Assembly (NCBI GenBank): GCA_009103225.1 | Contig: RHPI01003369.1 | Location: 503,500-567,499, forward strand | Reading direction: 5' to 3' | Length of the DNA stretch: 64,000 nt | Source of the DNA: Chlorokybus atmophyticus | Taxonomy: Eukaryota > Plantae > Mesostigma and Chlorokybus algae | In this document: positions 45,765 through 61,456 of the stretch, one piece after another | How the letters are laid out: each line of letters begins with the position of its first letter | Position numbering within the stretch: position 1 is the first letter of the stretch | The notes under the pieces: model-generated | The model's database searches: none | What the model saw: only the letters and a program-made list of their open reading frames with translations | Told to the model about the DNA's origin: nothing | Made by a program: the position numbers and the translations under genes

Positions 45765-48004
45765 CTATATCAGCTTGCAGTTCATCCGATCCAGCAAGCT
45801 CTTCTTCCCGTGCGTCCGCATCCGCGAAGGCCTGCACAACCACACAACCACACGATGATGACGATGACGATCATCACTCTCTGTTATAGAAATATCACAC
45901 AGCCGGGCACAAGTGTACCTGTTGAGGTTGATGGTTTCAGCTGAGGTACTGACGTCCCTCCTGCTGGTACCCGCGCCTGCGCAATGCCACAGACGTTACT
46001 GTGTTGTGCTGCTCATGCAGCAGTGTGAGCTCTTTTCCAACATCATGCAATGCATTGCACCAAAAAAAAAGGCGACGACAAGGCACACCTCCTCCTTCCA
46101 TGAAGGGGTTGGGTGTGGCTTCTCGGGGCGTGCCGGGCCTCGAATCGCTCCCAACACCTGCTTGACAGTTGGTTGTTGAGCTACTGAACAGGCTGATCGA
46201 CTGCAACAACCATCAAGTGTTAGAGTGTGTGTGCGTGCTTGAACGCGCACGCGACTGTGCGCATACAGTATGCGTGCGTGTGCGCGAGCATGCGACTGTG
46301 CCTGTACACGCCTACGCCTACGCGCGCGAATGCGTGTGCATGTATGTTTGCATTTGCACGTGTGAATGTGCATGCACGTGCATGTCCGTGTCCGTATGGC
46401 ATGAAGATCCCTCAGCAACTCTACCGTTGCGCATGGATGCTTGGGCTTGCGGCATTTGCATCGGCAGCGGCGTCGGCAGCTGTGTCTGCGGTTGCGGTTT
46501 CAGCCCCATCACCTCGCGCCTGATCGCCAACTCGGCGAGATACTGAAACACTGCAGAGAAGGTTGCACACAAGACATAGATAAACCACCAACACACCACC
46601 ACAACCATCACCACAACAACAACGACAAGGACAACAACAAGAGCAGTGCAGTGCCATGACAACCACGGCGATGTTGTCGACAAAGATGACGACCACCAAC
46701 AAGCAGTACGTCAGCACAACGACTACACAACTCAAACAGCAACAACAACAACAACTATCGCAAGTACAACATCACCCAACCTGGTGCGACATTGAGGTTC
46801 TCCTTGACGCAAGTCCGGTAGAACTTCATGCCCAACTCCTTGGCCACCTGCTCAGCCTCTTGCCTGACGACAACAACATAGAAGCATAATACGTGTCAGT
46901 GCCATACAGTGTGGTCGATGTTGGTTTGTTGCGTGTCGTGTCGTGTCCTCTATTACGGTGTGAATGCTGCGTTGGGCAGCAGGTCCATCTTGTTCTGCAC
47001 CAACACGAGCGCGACGGCGGGGCCGCACTCGGCCTCCACCTTGGACTTCCAGCCGGACACCGCGTCAAGGGAGGCGCGGTCGTCCGTCGAGAACATGAGG
47101 ACCGCGGCGCTCGCACCTGCGTGTGTGTGTGTGTGTGTGATGATGTGGGCCAGAGACAAGCCTACGCACACACGGGCACACGCACACGCACGCACACGCA
47201 CACGCACACGCACACGCACACGCACACGCATGCATGCACGCGCTCACGCGCGCACACTATCACACACTGCAACGCACAACTCCCGCACACACGTTTGCAC
47301 GTGCGCACGTCTTCGCGCACGCGTGCGCATCCATACGTGCGCACGCAGACATACACCCCCGTGCATGCACACTCGTACTGGCGTGATCATGTCAACACGC
47401 ACGCACGCACACCCACACACCTCTAAAGTACGCCCTTGTCATCGAATCAAACTCCTCCTGCCCCGCCGTATCCCACAGCATCAGCCTCACGTCCTCCCCC
47501 AAGCTCTCCACATGCCTGCACACGAATCATAAGCCACACACAACCACAACAACGAGTGATTGTCTCATCCTCACAGCGAGGACTCGAAGAAGTCGACGCC
47601 GATGGTCTTCTTGGAGTCTGTCGAGAAGGTGCCGCGCGTGAAGCGGCGGATGAGGGAGGTCTTGCCGACGCCGCCCTGGCCGACAACCACCACCTTGATT
47701 TCCCCTGGACAGACAGAGTGTGAGGGTGGGTGCGTATCGTTTGCTTGCACGTGGGTATCGTCATGTGTGAATCGTACATACACGCGGTGCAACGCCTTGT
47801 GCGCTGTCACCGAAGCACAGCAGTGAAACTCAACTTGAGATATAAGACCATGTTGTCACGTCAGGAACCGTAGCGAAGATGTCTGCATTGTATGTACGAT
47901 ACAGGCATAGGACATGCTGATGCGCATCTCTTTTCCCAGAGAGTGAGAGGAGCGGCAACCAATCAAGCTGTTGACTACTTACTCTCAAAGTCTTCTTCCT
48001 GCAT
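45765..48004 (-). CDS. RAB23: Rab23 small GTPase; multi-exon
   Basis: MQEEDFER/EIKVVVVGQGGVGKTSLIRRFTRGTFSTDSKKTIGVDF / RLMLWDTAGQEEFDSMTRAYFRG / VQNKMDL / KFYRTCVKENLNV / ...PSRMRTHGKKSLLDRMNCKLI*. Confidence 0.9.
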
Positions 48005-48669
48005 CGCTGCCAGTCACTGACTGCACCTGATTGCTCCCTCGCAGCGCAGTTATCAACAATCAGGCAATCAGCTTGGACCGGCAATCTGCCGCCTCCATTT
48101 TCAACTTATTATCACAACAACAAAAACTAGGAGAACAAACCCTCAAACCAGAGTCTGGACTCCCCCACACCCAAACCTGCCAGGCCCCTGCTTACTCAGA
48201 TTTCTGTGTGTGATGCACACACGCAAACCAACAGACCCCCGGATGCACTCTTCCAGCAGCTGCACCAGGGCTATTGTCGCACCATGCAGCAAAAACAAAA
48301 ATGAATATAAACTTGATAAAACCAACGTTGTGTGTCTACCGCAACGACCGTTTGCAAGCATCACGTGCGCCGACCATCAGCGCACATCATTGGTGTCGGT
48401 GTGCGCGGTTAACCGCCGACTGTCGATGATCGAGCTGCTACGTGGAACCCCTATGGACCACCGACCGTCGGTCGTCGACGCAGAAAGCTGGCGGAAATAT
48501 CTCACGCTGATACGGCGGACTGGACCGGTGACGCACACTGCACCGAAGCGCAGATGTCCGCACCAGGGCAGCAGTCAGCAACTCGGGGAAAAGCGCAAAC
48601 ACTTGAAGAGAGATCGCTCTCTGTGTGACAAGCTTGTCACTGAGGTTGTTGGTGTCAAGGTTGTTAGTG

Positions 48670-50761
<2,092 letters not shown>

Positions 50762-52597
50762 AGTCGGTCCATGAGCATCATCTGTCCTGTTATTAATTAA
50801 TTGCAGTGCTTGAACGGGGATGTGTATATAGAGTGGGTGGTGGTTGTTTGTTCATTGTGATTCGTTGAGGGGCAGACATTTGTTCCTGCGGTAAGATTTG
50901 TACCTTCCGGACGTGTGCATGTTGCGAGTGCTGTATTGGTAGATTCATTCTTTTGCAGTGTGATACTTTGAGTTGCTCTGCTGGCTGTTTATGGTACAAA
51001 GACAGTTTCAACACAGTGTGTTAATTTGATCACTCGTCACTCCACACGCTTTGCTCCGATAGTAGGCCGCGCCAGTCGCAGTCGGCGTTGATGACCCTGC
51101 ATGCATCAAACACTGGTGTGCACTTCACCTGCCTTACCTATGCAGGGTGCTTTGCACCACCCATTGGCAACATCGTTGTTGTGAAAGAGTAACAAGTTGG
51201 CAACCAGTAAGCAAGCAAACAAGCAAGTCACAACTAAAAAGCTAAAGCCACAGATGGATTTTCAGCCTTCAGCCTTCAGTCACAGCGTTCATCAATTGGC
51301 TATACTGCCGGAACCAACACACCTGCTTTATGGTCCGTGTTTCGCTTGTAGTCGTGTGTTGCATTACAGTGTCACTTGGTAGTCTCTCCAACAACTATGC
51401 ACCGAGGTGTTAAGGCCAACACCTTCCTTGCCACCCGAGACTCTCTCCGGCGATGGCTTCTGAAACACACACCAACTGCAACTTACACAGACCCAGCTTC
51501 GCCTGCACTGTGCCTCTTTCCTTGCAAGTGCAAGCTAAGCTTTCAGCGCAAGACGGAGCAGAAGCCATACACAGTCTTGGGTTCTTGGCGCAGTGCTGCC
51601 GCCTTCTCTGTGGTTGCCCTCCATCACCTTGTTGCGACGGGAAACGAGGCTCGAGCGAGTATGTAATCGACAAACTTCTGCTGGCTCCACCACAGTGCAC
51701 TTCACACAGTCGTGTGCGTGCGTGGGCTTGGCCGCTGGGGCAGGCGGCCAGCATCTCTGTCTTGCGTTACTCGCTCGCTTTCCCACGTGGAAGTAACTAA
51801 GAGACCACGCATGTGTGCAGGTCGGAGAGACACAGCAAGGCCATCCTAGTCAACGGTTTGTGTTGGTGTGCTTCTTCTCGCCATGCACCCTGGGCTACCC
51901 TAACGCCAAGCGCATACCAACTCCGCCTGGTGAGAGCGAATGAACGCGTCTGGTTGGTTCTATCTGCTTGTGGCTGCTGTTGTATGATAGATGTAGTCTA
52001 TAGTTCCTTGCAGATCAACACTAGCTCGCTGCAGTCAAATCAAATCAAAACATCAAGATTGCTGGCCACAAAGAGACCATAGTCGAAGCAGGCAAGTGTT
52101 GTGGCAGTGTTGGTTGGATGTGTAGGGGACATGCTGAGCAAACAGAACACAGACACACACCAAAAACTTGTTCCCTTGATCCTGTACACACATGCGCACG
52201 TGCACGCACGCACCCACCAACGCATGCAGCCACGCACACGTGTCGCGCGTCATGCACTCTGCGCATAAAGACCACAACTCAGCTGCACGAAGCATTCATC
52301 ACTCAACGTGGCGGAGCCAATGCGATGACAATGTGGGCGTTTGCAGGGCGGGACGTACACGCTGTGGAGGCGGACAGCGTGGAGATAAACCACGGGCAGC
52401 GCTAGGCGGGACGGGTGGTGGGTGGAAAGCACCTGCGTTGCATGCTGTGGCTTTGCGCTGGTGCAGCATATGGACTTTGGGAAAGAGGACAGATTCCCGG
52501 TACGGTAGCGTTCTCACTCTCGTGATTGATCTGCGAATGTAGGGCAACCTTATGCTACTGCACACTTCTGTACATTGTTAACAAGTAGTAAGACTAC

Positions 52598-54231
52598 ATG
52601 GAGGACAAAAAGGAAGCACTGAAGCCGACCACAGGGATGTCGAGGTAAGTAGTAGTAGTTTAGCACATGCCTTTGTGCTAAACACCTCGACGGTGTGTGC
52701 TTGTTGCTTACACTGTTTTCCCTTTCACTTACTCTCCAGGAGCGAGCTGATGATGGTGCCAAGGGCGTCACTGACAGCAACACAGGCACAATCATCATCA
52801 CAGAGTCGGATGCGAGAGAGCAGCAGCAGCAGTCATCCAGTATTGCACAAGAAGGAGAAGTGATTCTGCGTGCAGAGACTTCGTGTCATGCGGCCTTTCA
52901 TGACTTTGACGTCGAGTTCGTCCCGTGCGCGTGTGGCAGAAGAGTGTGCCTCGCGTGCTTCGACCGCGCGCTCAGCCGCGGTGATGGAGGGTGCCAAGGA
53001 TGCTCGGTGAGTGAGATTGCTACACAACAAGCTTGTTGTTTCTTGTTGCTACCATGATCTGGCATGTCAGTCACTAGCACACACATGCGCGCGTAAGCGC
53101 ACTCATGCTTGAGCTTGAACACATATGCACAAACAAACACGCGCACAACCATCATCCCACCCACCCACAGACGCACACACACGTGCATACACAACCAATC
53201 ACCCACTCTTTTCTCAGATCATATACGAAGCTCCCGACCCCGCACGCATCCCGAGTACGACGCTCCTGAAGCCTTCATTGAAGCAGCTGAACATGCGGCT
53301 GCGGCCCCGCCTCAACCAGAAAGCATACTCGATGCACGGACCAAACAGGTCAGCTTGCTGCTTGCTTGCTTGCTTGCTTGAGGGTTGAACTATTGATACA
53401 ACTGTGTACATATGCAGGATGGCACCACAAGCTACTTGGTGAAGTGGCGTGATCATCCGAGCTCAGTATGTGTGTATGTATGTTTGTGCGGATTGGCTTG
53501 ATCGTGAAGTAATGATGCACGCACTCACTTTATCGTTTGCTCGTGTGCAGCTGACATGGAGATGGTCTTCAGCGAGCTGCCGGGAAGACTGCCCTTCTTG
53601 CTGCTGCTGCAAATCGAGTTTATCAGCAGACGAAAGGTTTGACAATCTCACAACATGCACATACTTGTGCTGCATTTTGCGTGGCTATCAAACACGTTCA
53701 TGTGCAGTTCAACAGGGAGCACACTATGGAGCAGCTTGAGCAAGCGCTGGGTAAGTGACTCTGAGAGCAAGTTCGAGGCTTCTCGAGAGTAGACTTTTTG
53801 TAAGACTAGTTGCATGCATCCTGCGTTATGGTCCCAGCCATGCTACTATTTAGCTGCAACAGCAGCAGCAATTCCATCAAGTGCGTTTTGTTATGTATTA
53901 TGAGCCAAGCCCTCCTGTCTACGCAGGTGATAGCGCTGAGATGCTCTTCTTCAAGTGCACAACAAGCGACTCCAGCATCTGCATCCTGCTGGCGTTCAGG
54001 AGTGTGGAGGATGCGTCCATCCACGCCTGCCTGCAGGTGTGCGCTTTATGATGGGCTTGTGTATGCGTGTTGTGTTAAACTACTACTGAATTGATTTGGA
54101 TTTGTATACATAATCTCCATAGTGGCACTGTGAACAGGTAGTGAAACACACAGCCCTGCAGTGAGGGAGGTCAAGTGCACGCCCGTGTTTTACAGAAGGT
54201 GATGGGCGTCATCAACACTGGCTGTGTCTAG
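52598..54231 (+). CDS. Protein with NOT4-type C4C4 RING-like finger and chromodomain-like segment; 3' exon structure tentative
   Basis: C-x13-CAC-GRRV-CLAC-x11-CQGC; PESILDARTKQ/DGTTSYLVKWRDHPSS; GT-AG bounded exons. Confidence 0.55.
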
Positions 54232-54767
54232 CGTGGTAGCCGCAGTGCCATTGTTTGGAACACTTGTGGGAACTCATCCGCACTGTGGCATGGCCTTGTG
54301 TTGGAGCGAAACGTGTTGTGCGACGTGTTGTCCCACATGCGGTTAGTTGGAGCAACAACAGTTGTGTACACAAAATAAATACTCAGCAGCATTCGTAAGC
54401 GTGAAGCTGTGGCAACATCCACGCGTTCCCAAGCACTCATGCAGACCACCTGTTGCACACACGTGCATGATGATGTTTTTCTTCGTGCAACCACCTGCTC
54501 TTTACATGAAGACGACTTGTACAGTACTTACAGGGTTGTTGATGTTGGTTCAGCCGCACGCTCGTACGCACGGGATGCAATGGCCCTGCTGCTGTCCATG
54601 CTGCTGCCATTGTTATTGTTGTTGTCCTTGCTGTAGGTGGATGGGGCCTTGCTAATGTTGATGATGGTGGCTTCACTGAGACACTGGACAACGCATGCTC
54701 TGTGCACAGTAAGTACAACCTGCGTGCGCACATGTGCTTGTGCACGTGGAGCAGCAGGTCATTTGCC

Positions 54768-54833
<66 letters not shown>

Positions 54834-55240
54834 TTATTGATTGACACAAACATCGCATGCGCAATGTATTCAATAGGAAGTTCGTATGGGAGGGTACAGC
54901 TGCTGTTACAATCACGAAACAAACTCCAGCACCATTGCTAAAACACAGCTTACCACCGCCACCAGCACTACCCGAGACACCAGGGTTGCGTCGCCAGGGG
55001 GGCGCAGCAGCAGAGGGTGGGGAGACAGGGGAGAGGGAGGGGGAAGGGGCGGTGTGGTGTGGTGTGGTGTGGTGGGAGACAGAGGGGGGAGTCCTGCTGG
55101 TCTGTTCCGTTGTCGTTGCCACTGCCGCCGCGTAGTACGGAACTGACTGCATCGGCCCTGTGGGCAGGTGAACGCATATGCATGGGCATGCTTGCGTCGC
55201 TAACGGGGTAGTAGGGGTAGACGTCGCGCTGCATTTGGCG
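54228..55240 (-). CDS. Possible spliced gene of unknown function
   Basis: Several short open segments bounded by GT/AG (e.g. MQRDVYPYYPVSDA..., ...LRMLLSIYFVYTTVVAP...). No recognisable domain; exon phases not reconciled. Confidence 0.25.
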
Positions 55241-56008
55241 TATATCTACATGCGTGGAGTTTAAACTCCTGCTGCACATGCGGGTTGTTGGTTATGATGA
55301 GAGCGATGATTTCATAAGATTGGTATGTCCTTGGAACAGATCGCAACATCAGCACTGAGCATATTCACTACATGGCATACAGGATAAGTGAATGCGAACA
55401 TACATCTCAAGGCGTACAGTTAACATTAGATGCACAGTGATGCGGCGGCTACATTGACAACTCCAACGGAACAACTCTAGTAATGTTTACGCTGTGGAAC
55501 AGACAGGATGCGTAATGACACAGCACTGTATCTGACTAGTGCACGTGTAACAAATTGCCACATACATTATCACAGCAACGGAGCAGCGGAAGCATACCAC
55601 ACGATGCATACATCACCACGTGCATTTAGCAAACTTCTATCTCCGGACTTGGTTCGCAATACGTTGCTTGCTGTTTGGCATGCTGTGAGTGATGTCATGC
55701 ATGTTCAACTACTGGCAGCATTTCCTGTACACCAAGCAACACACACAAGACTACGTTGCATTCTGTAAACCCACGCGCGCAAACAGATAGACAGAGCAAG
55801 CAATTTTTTATTCCGACTCCAGTCTTTTATACACACCAGGGCAAAAGCGACGATTCCTCTACATCTACACAAGAAAGAAAAAACCGAACGAAAGACACCA
55901 ACATCATCTCACAAAAGGTCTCCACAACCACCAGACCTTCTTCGAGCCAAGGGGCCGTACACCACCCAACTTCACTCATCTTCATCATCACACATGATAC
56001 AACTCCAT

Positions 56009-57611
56009 TTACGCGATGGGGATCTCCTCAATCTCCGCCCCCTCGCGCTCGACGGTGACGTGCATGGGTCCCTTGCCGTAGTGGTAGATGCCGCGGGCGG
56101 TCTGCGGGGCGAACAGCATCGAGGCCATGCGGGCGTACACAAGGGCAGCCATCGTCGCACCCACCAAGTAACTGCGGGTGAGAGGGGAGTGAGTGAGTGG
56201 GTGGTGTGTGTGTGGTAGTATGACTATGGGAGAGAACAGAGGCTTACCCGCCGATGACGTCTGCGGGGAAGTGCCAGTTGTTGCGGATGCGGTCGGCGCC
56301 GACCCACCCGGCCCAGAGGACAGGGACTGCGTACAACGTAGCACAGTCAGCATGACGATTGAAAGAGTCAAGCATCATGCATGCAGATGCACACGCGTGT
56401 TCGGGTAGGTCTGCATGATGTGATGTGTATAGAGGTTTGAGATGGTGGTGCTTACAGAAGGACAGCAGGTGGAGCAGCTGCGAGACCTGGTCGCTCCAGG
56501 CGATGGACGCTGCCGTGTTCAGGTACAGCACCTGGCATTGCAAACAGACAAGTAGTCAGAACCATCCGGCACAGGACCGCACAAGCCAGCTTATGTGTCA
56601 CGTTGCATACCGTGTAGGTGGCCATGGCAGCGGCGATGGCAGCGTCCTTGGACGGGAATGACTGGCGCTCCCATGAACCGATAGCTGCAAGAGAAACACA
56701 CTATGGTCAGCTGGTTGTCGGGCCACACATGCACACACAAGTGCACGCATGCCCGCATGACGCACTTACCGTGGGTGCACTTCTTGGGCGTGAAGGCAGC
56801 AGGCAGCTCTCCATCCAGGCAGGCGCGCACAGCGTTGGGACGCAGCCACCCCACCTAACCACACACTCACGAGTCAGCCTCACTCCCCCAAGCCAAGGAC
56901 TGCGTTACACATATCACCCTTCCCTCCCCTCCCCCTCCAACTCACATAGTTCTTGGCGAGCATGGTGACGCTCCACGTGAGCACCAGCGCCGTGACGAGT
57001 CCCAGCGCCAGTCGCAGCGCCCTCATCGACGCGGCCTCCCGGTGGCGGGTGCCCCACAGGCCGGACTCGACGAGGACGTGGACGAGCAGGACAGGGATGA
57101 GGAAGAGCCAGTTCCAGGTGGGGGTGACGGCCACGTCGTGGACCTCGTGCCAGTGGTGGGCGTCTGGGAGAGAAGGAGGAGTTGGCACAGTCACAAGCAT
57201 GGTAGGAAGTGACACCTCTTTGCAAGACGGACACAACAGAACTGCTGTGTCACATCAAACACGCACACATGCATGCATGCTTGTGTGCATGTGCATGCAC
57301 ACAACGTACGCACACACACTGGCTACGCATGCGCATGGCATGCAAGTGTGCGTGAGTTCGTCTGCTCATGACAGGATGCATGTGCATGTGCATGTGCATG
57401 CGCATGCGCATGCTTGTGTCTGTCTCTGTGTACCAGCTGGGTAGACATCGCGCAGGTACGGGTCCCTCTTGGTGTAGAAGTAGGCCCAGATCCACGCGGC
57501 GAAGGCGAGGAGGTAGACCCCCCAGTCTAAGGTGCGGGCCCAGGTGGCCCAGTCGGCCTTAGTGCGCTCGCCCAACAGGGGCTCGCGACGCTCATCGCCG
57601 GGACGAGCCAT
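56009..57611 (-). CDS. PAP2/lipid phosphate phosphatase-like membrane protein with altered catalytic motif; multi-exon
   Basis: C1 KNYVGWLRP; C2 position SFPSKDAA; C3 ADRIRNNWHFPADVIGG; several hydrophobic helices. Confidence 0.85.
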
Positions 57612-59198
57612 CTCTCGCAAACTGAACGAAACGAGACAAGACAAGACAGGCCACAAGGGTAAGAGATCACAATGGGGTGAAGTGCAGCTACACACCACAA
57701 TGTTGACTGACTGGATGGATGGCTTGCATGCACAAGAAGCAGAGACAGACGCAGACAGAATGACCAGCCATGCAGCTGTCTAACTGCAAGCATGCATGCA
57801 TGCGTGGCGTTATGCAGCTGTCGGACAGCTGCATGTTTGTATGCCCTTGTTTCTCGAGCTATTCCCAGCCAGCACGCATGCACATAAACGACTGTTTCCT
57901 ACGCTGGCAAGACGCAGTGTTCACAGAAACAAGCAGGCAAGGGGGGGACGACAAGGAGCACACAACAGGGGCTCAACCCAAGCACTGCTAAGCTTGCTAC
58001 CCGGCTGTGCCTGGCCAGAGCAGCCCAGGCAGAGGCACCGCAGAACGAGACAACAGCCTGCCTGCCTTAAAGATGGGCCAGCAGACAAGGAAACGACCAC
58101 AACACCCACACCGACGGAGCAACAAAGTAGCTAAGCTGGCACAAAGACGCTCACGCGTAACAACAGCACCGATAGTAGCGACACCCGCAACAACAACAGC
58201 CACAACCACCACCAGGGACACGCACCAGATCTCCCCAAAGCACAAGCGCAAGCTGAGGTTGCTGGGGAGGCACACAGGAAAGGCCTGCCAACGTCAATCA
58301 AAGTCTCTCCCAATGGGTTTGTGGGGTGTATATATAAGTACATGGCCTTTTCCACTTTGTCCCATGCAGCCAATCCCCTGTGAGAGACTGCTCTCAATGC
58401 GGCGCCGCATCAGTCAGTGACCGGCGCGTCGCCGCATCAGACGTGGCACGGGGGTGCATAGTGGATATGGCAACTCAGACTTTAGTCCTCAGCAGGTTGT
58501 TGACAAAACCAGGAAAGGTAAGTTCTTTGTTAGGGAGTTGTACTGTGTCCTCATTCGTTTGTTTTTGCTGCGGAGAGGTGATGGTACTACGCCCATACCA
58601 TTACGACTGGCCAACCAACTAACGAAGCCATGCATAGCAAAAGGAGGTAATTTGAGTGAATGATGAAAGAAGGGAAAAGAAAATCTCTTTCACGCCCCGA
58701 AGAAATTGTTGCCATTTCGCGAACGCGTTAACGCGAGGAGGAGATCTATTGCACTCTGCCACGTGAGCTGCCTGCCGGTCCAACCGATCGACGGCTGTGC
58801 TTGCATCATCTCAGTCTATCGACGGCCCGATCTGTCCTAGACAGCATCTTCTCGAAGGATGCTGGTTTCTGCGCGTGTTTCGAGCCAAATTGTTGCGTGT
58901 ATCTGCCACGTCGGAACTGACGCCACCTTCGGGCACCAGAGGTCAGATCTGACACGGTCGTAGGCACTTCTGGTATTGCGCTGCAGTGGGATCGCCTGTG
59001 CCGCGATACACAGGGTTTATGTACAGCGGTGTACAGGACTAAAGGGTACCCAGAATGAAGTACACATGAGATACCAAATGTAATCAAGATACCGTCTGTT
59101 GCATACAGTAGTAACGTTAGTCTGCCTCCGGCGGCGGCGGTGGTGGTGGTGTGGGCGGAGGTGAGGTGGATGTGCATGGTGTATGCGTGCGTGGAAGC

Positions 59199-61456
59199 AT
59201 GCAATTGAAGGTTGCGGCGCGGGTGGAAAACGCTCACGACGAAGGGGTATGTGTATGTGGGTTCTTTCATACGATGGTGGAGATTTAATTGGCTCAGCAT
59301 GCGCAACGTCTATGCATTGTACATTTTTAATGATTTAACTGTTATTAAATATAGTCATATAGATATAAGGCGTTACGTGACCTGTATGTTGAGAAATGAT
59401 ATACTTGAAATACATGCTAGCATTTCGCTTCAACGTCACTGGGTATGCGCAGACAGCAGTGATGAACCGAGAGTGCACGCATCCAACTGCTATCCTTCAT
59501 GCATGCGTAACGCCATCGCCTTGCACATTTTGTGTGTCTGTATGTACAATCTTTCCTCAACAAGAGAAGCTCTATGTGTCGTATGAGCGAGAACGCATTG
59601 TCCAACCGCACAATATGTCACAATGTGCACCTGTTTTGCTTTCTTTCATGCCAGATCCATTATGGCAACCCGATGTGCGCATTACCCACATACAACAGCA
59701 GCTACACACATTTCATTGACTCACCATCATGTCACATCGTACTTTGCTTCCGCCTAACACCGCAACCCAACACACACACACACACATCTCACGCGGCATC
59801 CCGACATTCAGGTCTGGAGTGTTTCTTTTGGCGGCGGCGACTCCCTCCTCACCGGCAGCGTCGACGAGACCGTCAAGCTGTGGGACATCCCTGCTGTCTC
59901 AATCTCAGAGGGGGGAGAGAAGAGCGATAGTAAAAGCGACAGTAAAACAACAACGTCGTTGGGGGTGAAGCACACGTACACGGGGCACTCGCTCGGGGTG
60001 GTGTCGGTCATCACGCACGCGGAGAAGGACCTCGCGGCCACGTCGGCGATAGACTCCGTCGTGAGGTGAGAGGAGGACGGTTGTGATGTGTGAGTGTGGG
60101 TGTGCGTGTGCATGTGCGTGTGTGCACGTGTGCGCGTGCGCGTGCGCGTGCGCGTGTGTGTGCACGAGAACGTGTTTTGTGCACGTGTTTGCGTGTTGGT
60201 CTGTCTGTTTGAAGGAAACCGCCAGGCCTACTCTTTGCTTTGTTCTCTGTGCGCGTGCAGAGTGTGGGACTTGAGCACCAATGAAACCAAGGCCACTATG
60301 GAGCTGCCGCCCTCGGAGGCGTGGGCGATAGCGTTCAGCCCCGATGGCCGCCACATCGCAGTGGCCGGTAACACAAGAAAGCAACAACTCTCATACTTGT
60401 TGTGTGTGTCACTAGCCGTGTCATTTTACAATAAACATACGCTTTGCGGCGCAATGACAACTCGCAGTATGCGCATGGACGCATGCTTGTGTGCAAGCAC
60501 GTGCGTGTGTCAACACATGCACACGCACACATGCATACATATCACGCACGCCTGCACATATCGGTGTATCTGCCCGTATGCATCAGGTGGCAGCAGCGAG
60601 AGCGTCACAGTGTGGGACGTGTCCGACAGCAAGCAAGTGGCTCACCTCCCTCTCCCCCCCTCCTCCTTATCCTCCGTATCAACAACAGATATTGTGAGGA
60701 AGAACTCCAACCGCGTGCGGCAGACGCGGTTCGTGCTGTCCGTGGCGTACAGCGCGGACGGGCGGCGGCTGGCGTGCGGCGCGATGGACGGGACCGTGTG
60801 CGTGTACGACGCGGAGACGTGGGAGAGGGTGGGGGAGGTGGGGGGACATCACCTGCCGGTGAGGTCGCTGGCGTTCACAGCGGACTCAAAGTGAGTGTTG
60901 GCACGCCCGCATGCATATAAGCGTGTTTGTGTGCGTGCACCTTTGCATCCACATGCACAGACGCATGCACTGGCACGCATGCTCCAACCTATGTACATGT
61001 GGCAATATGTGTGTGTCCTCGTGCGCGCGCGCACGCGCACCACACACACATGTGTGCGTGTTTGTGTCTATGCACATATGCTTACTTCTGTCTTCGTGCA
61101 GGACCCTGTTGACGGCATGCGACGACATGCACCTCCACATGTCGGACGCCGCCACCGGCCACCCCATCGCTTCTCTTGCCGGCCACTCCTCCTGGCTCCT
61201 GTCCGTTGCTGTCTCATCCACCAAAGCCTTGACGGGTTCCAGCGACCGCAGCGTCAGGCTGTGGGACCTGACCACGCGCACTTGCGAGCACGTGGCTAAG
61301 GAGCACGCCGATCACGTGTGGGGAGTCGCGTTCTCAGGGGATGAAAGGAGAGCGGCGTCGGTATCGGATGATAAGAGCGTTGTGGTGTACGATGTGGTTG
61401 ATAACAAGGGTGTGGGTGACAATGACAACAAAATCAATGAGATGTCGGTGGTGTAG
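59199..61456 (+). CDS. VIP3: WD40 protein VIP3/SKI8/WDR61 (PAF1 and SKI complexes); multi-exon
   Basis: MQLKVAARVENAHDEG/VWSVSF..LLTGSVDETVKLW; GHSLGVVSV; PPSEAWAIAFSPDG; FVLSVAYSADGRRLACGAMDG; GHHLPVRSLAF; GHSSWLLSVA; TGSSDRSVRLWD; HADHVWGVAF. Confidence 0.92.

Noticed and set aside
51376-52565. Several 80-115 aa ORFs between STR14 and the RING gene
   Set aside because: No domain and no consistent exon chain could be built; a gene cannot be excluded without RNA data.
59880-60720. Ser/Thr-rich loop insertions in VIP3/WDR61
   Set aside because: Low-complexity expansions between WD blades are common, and all blades appear intact.
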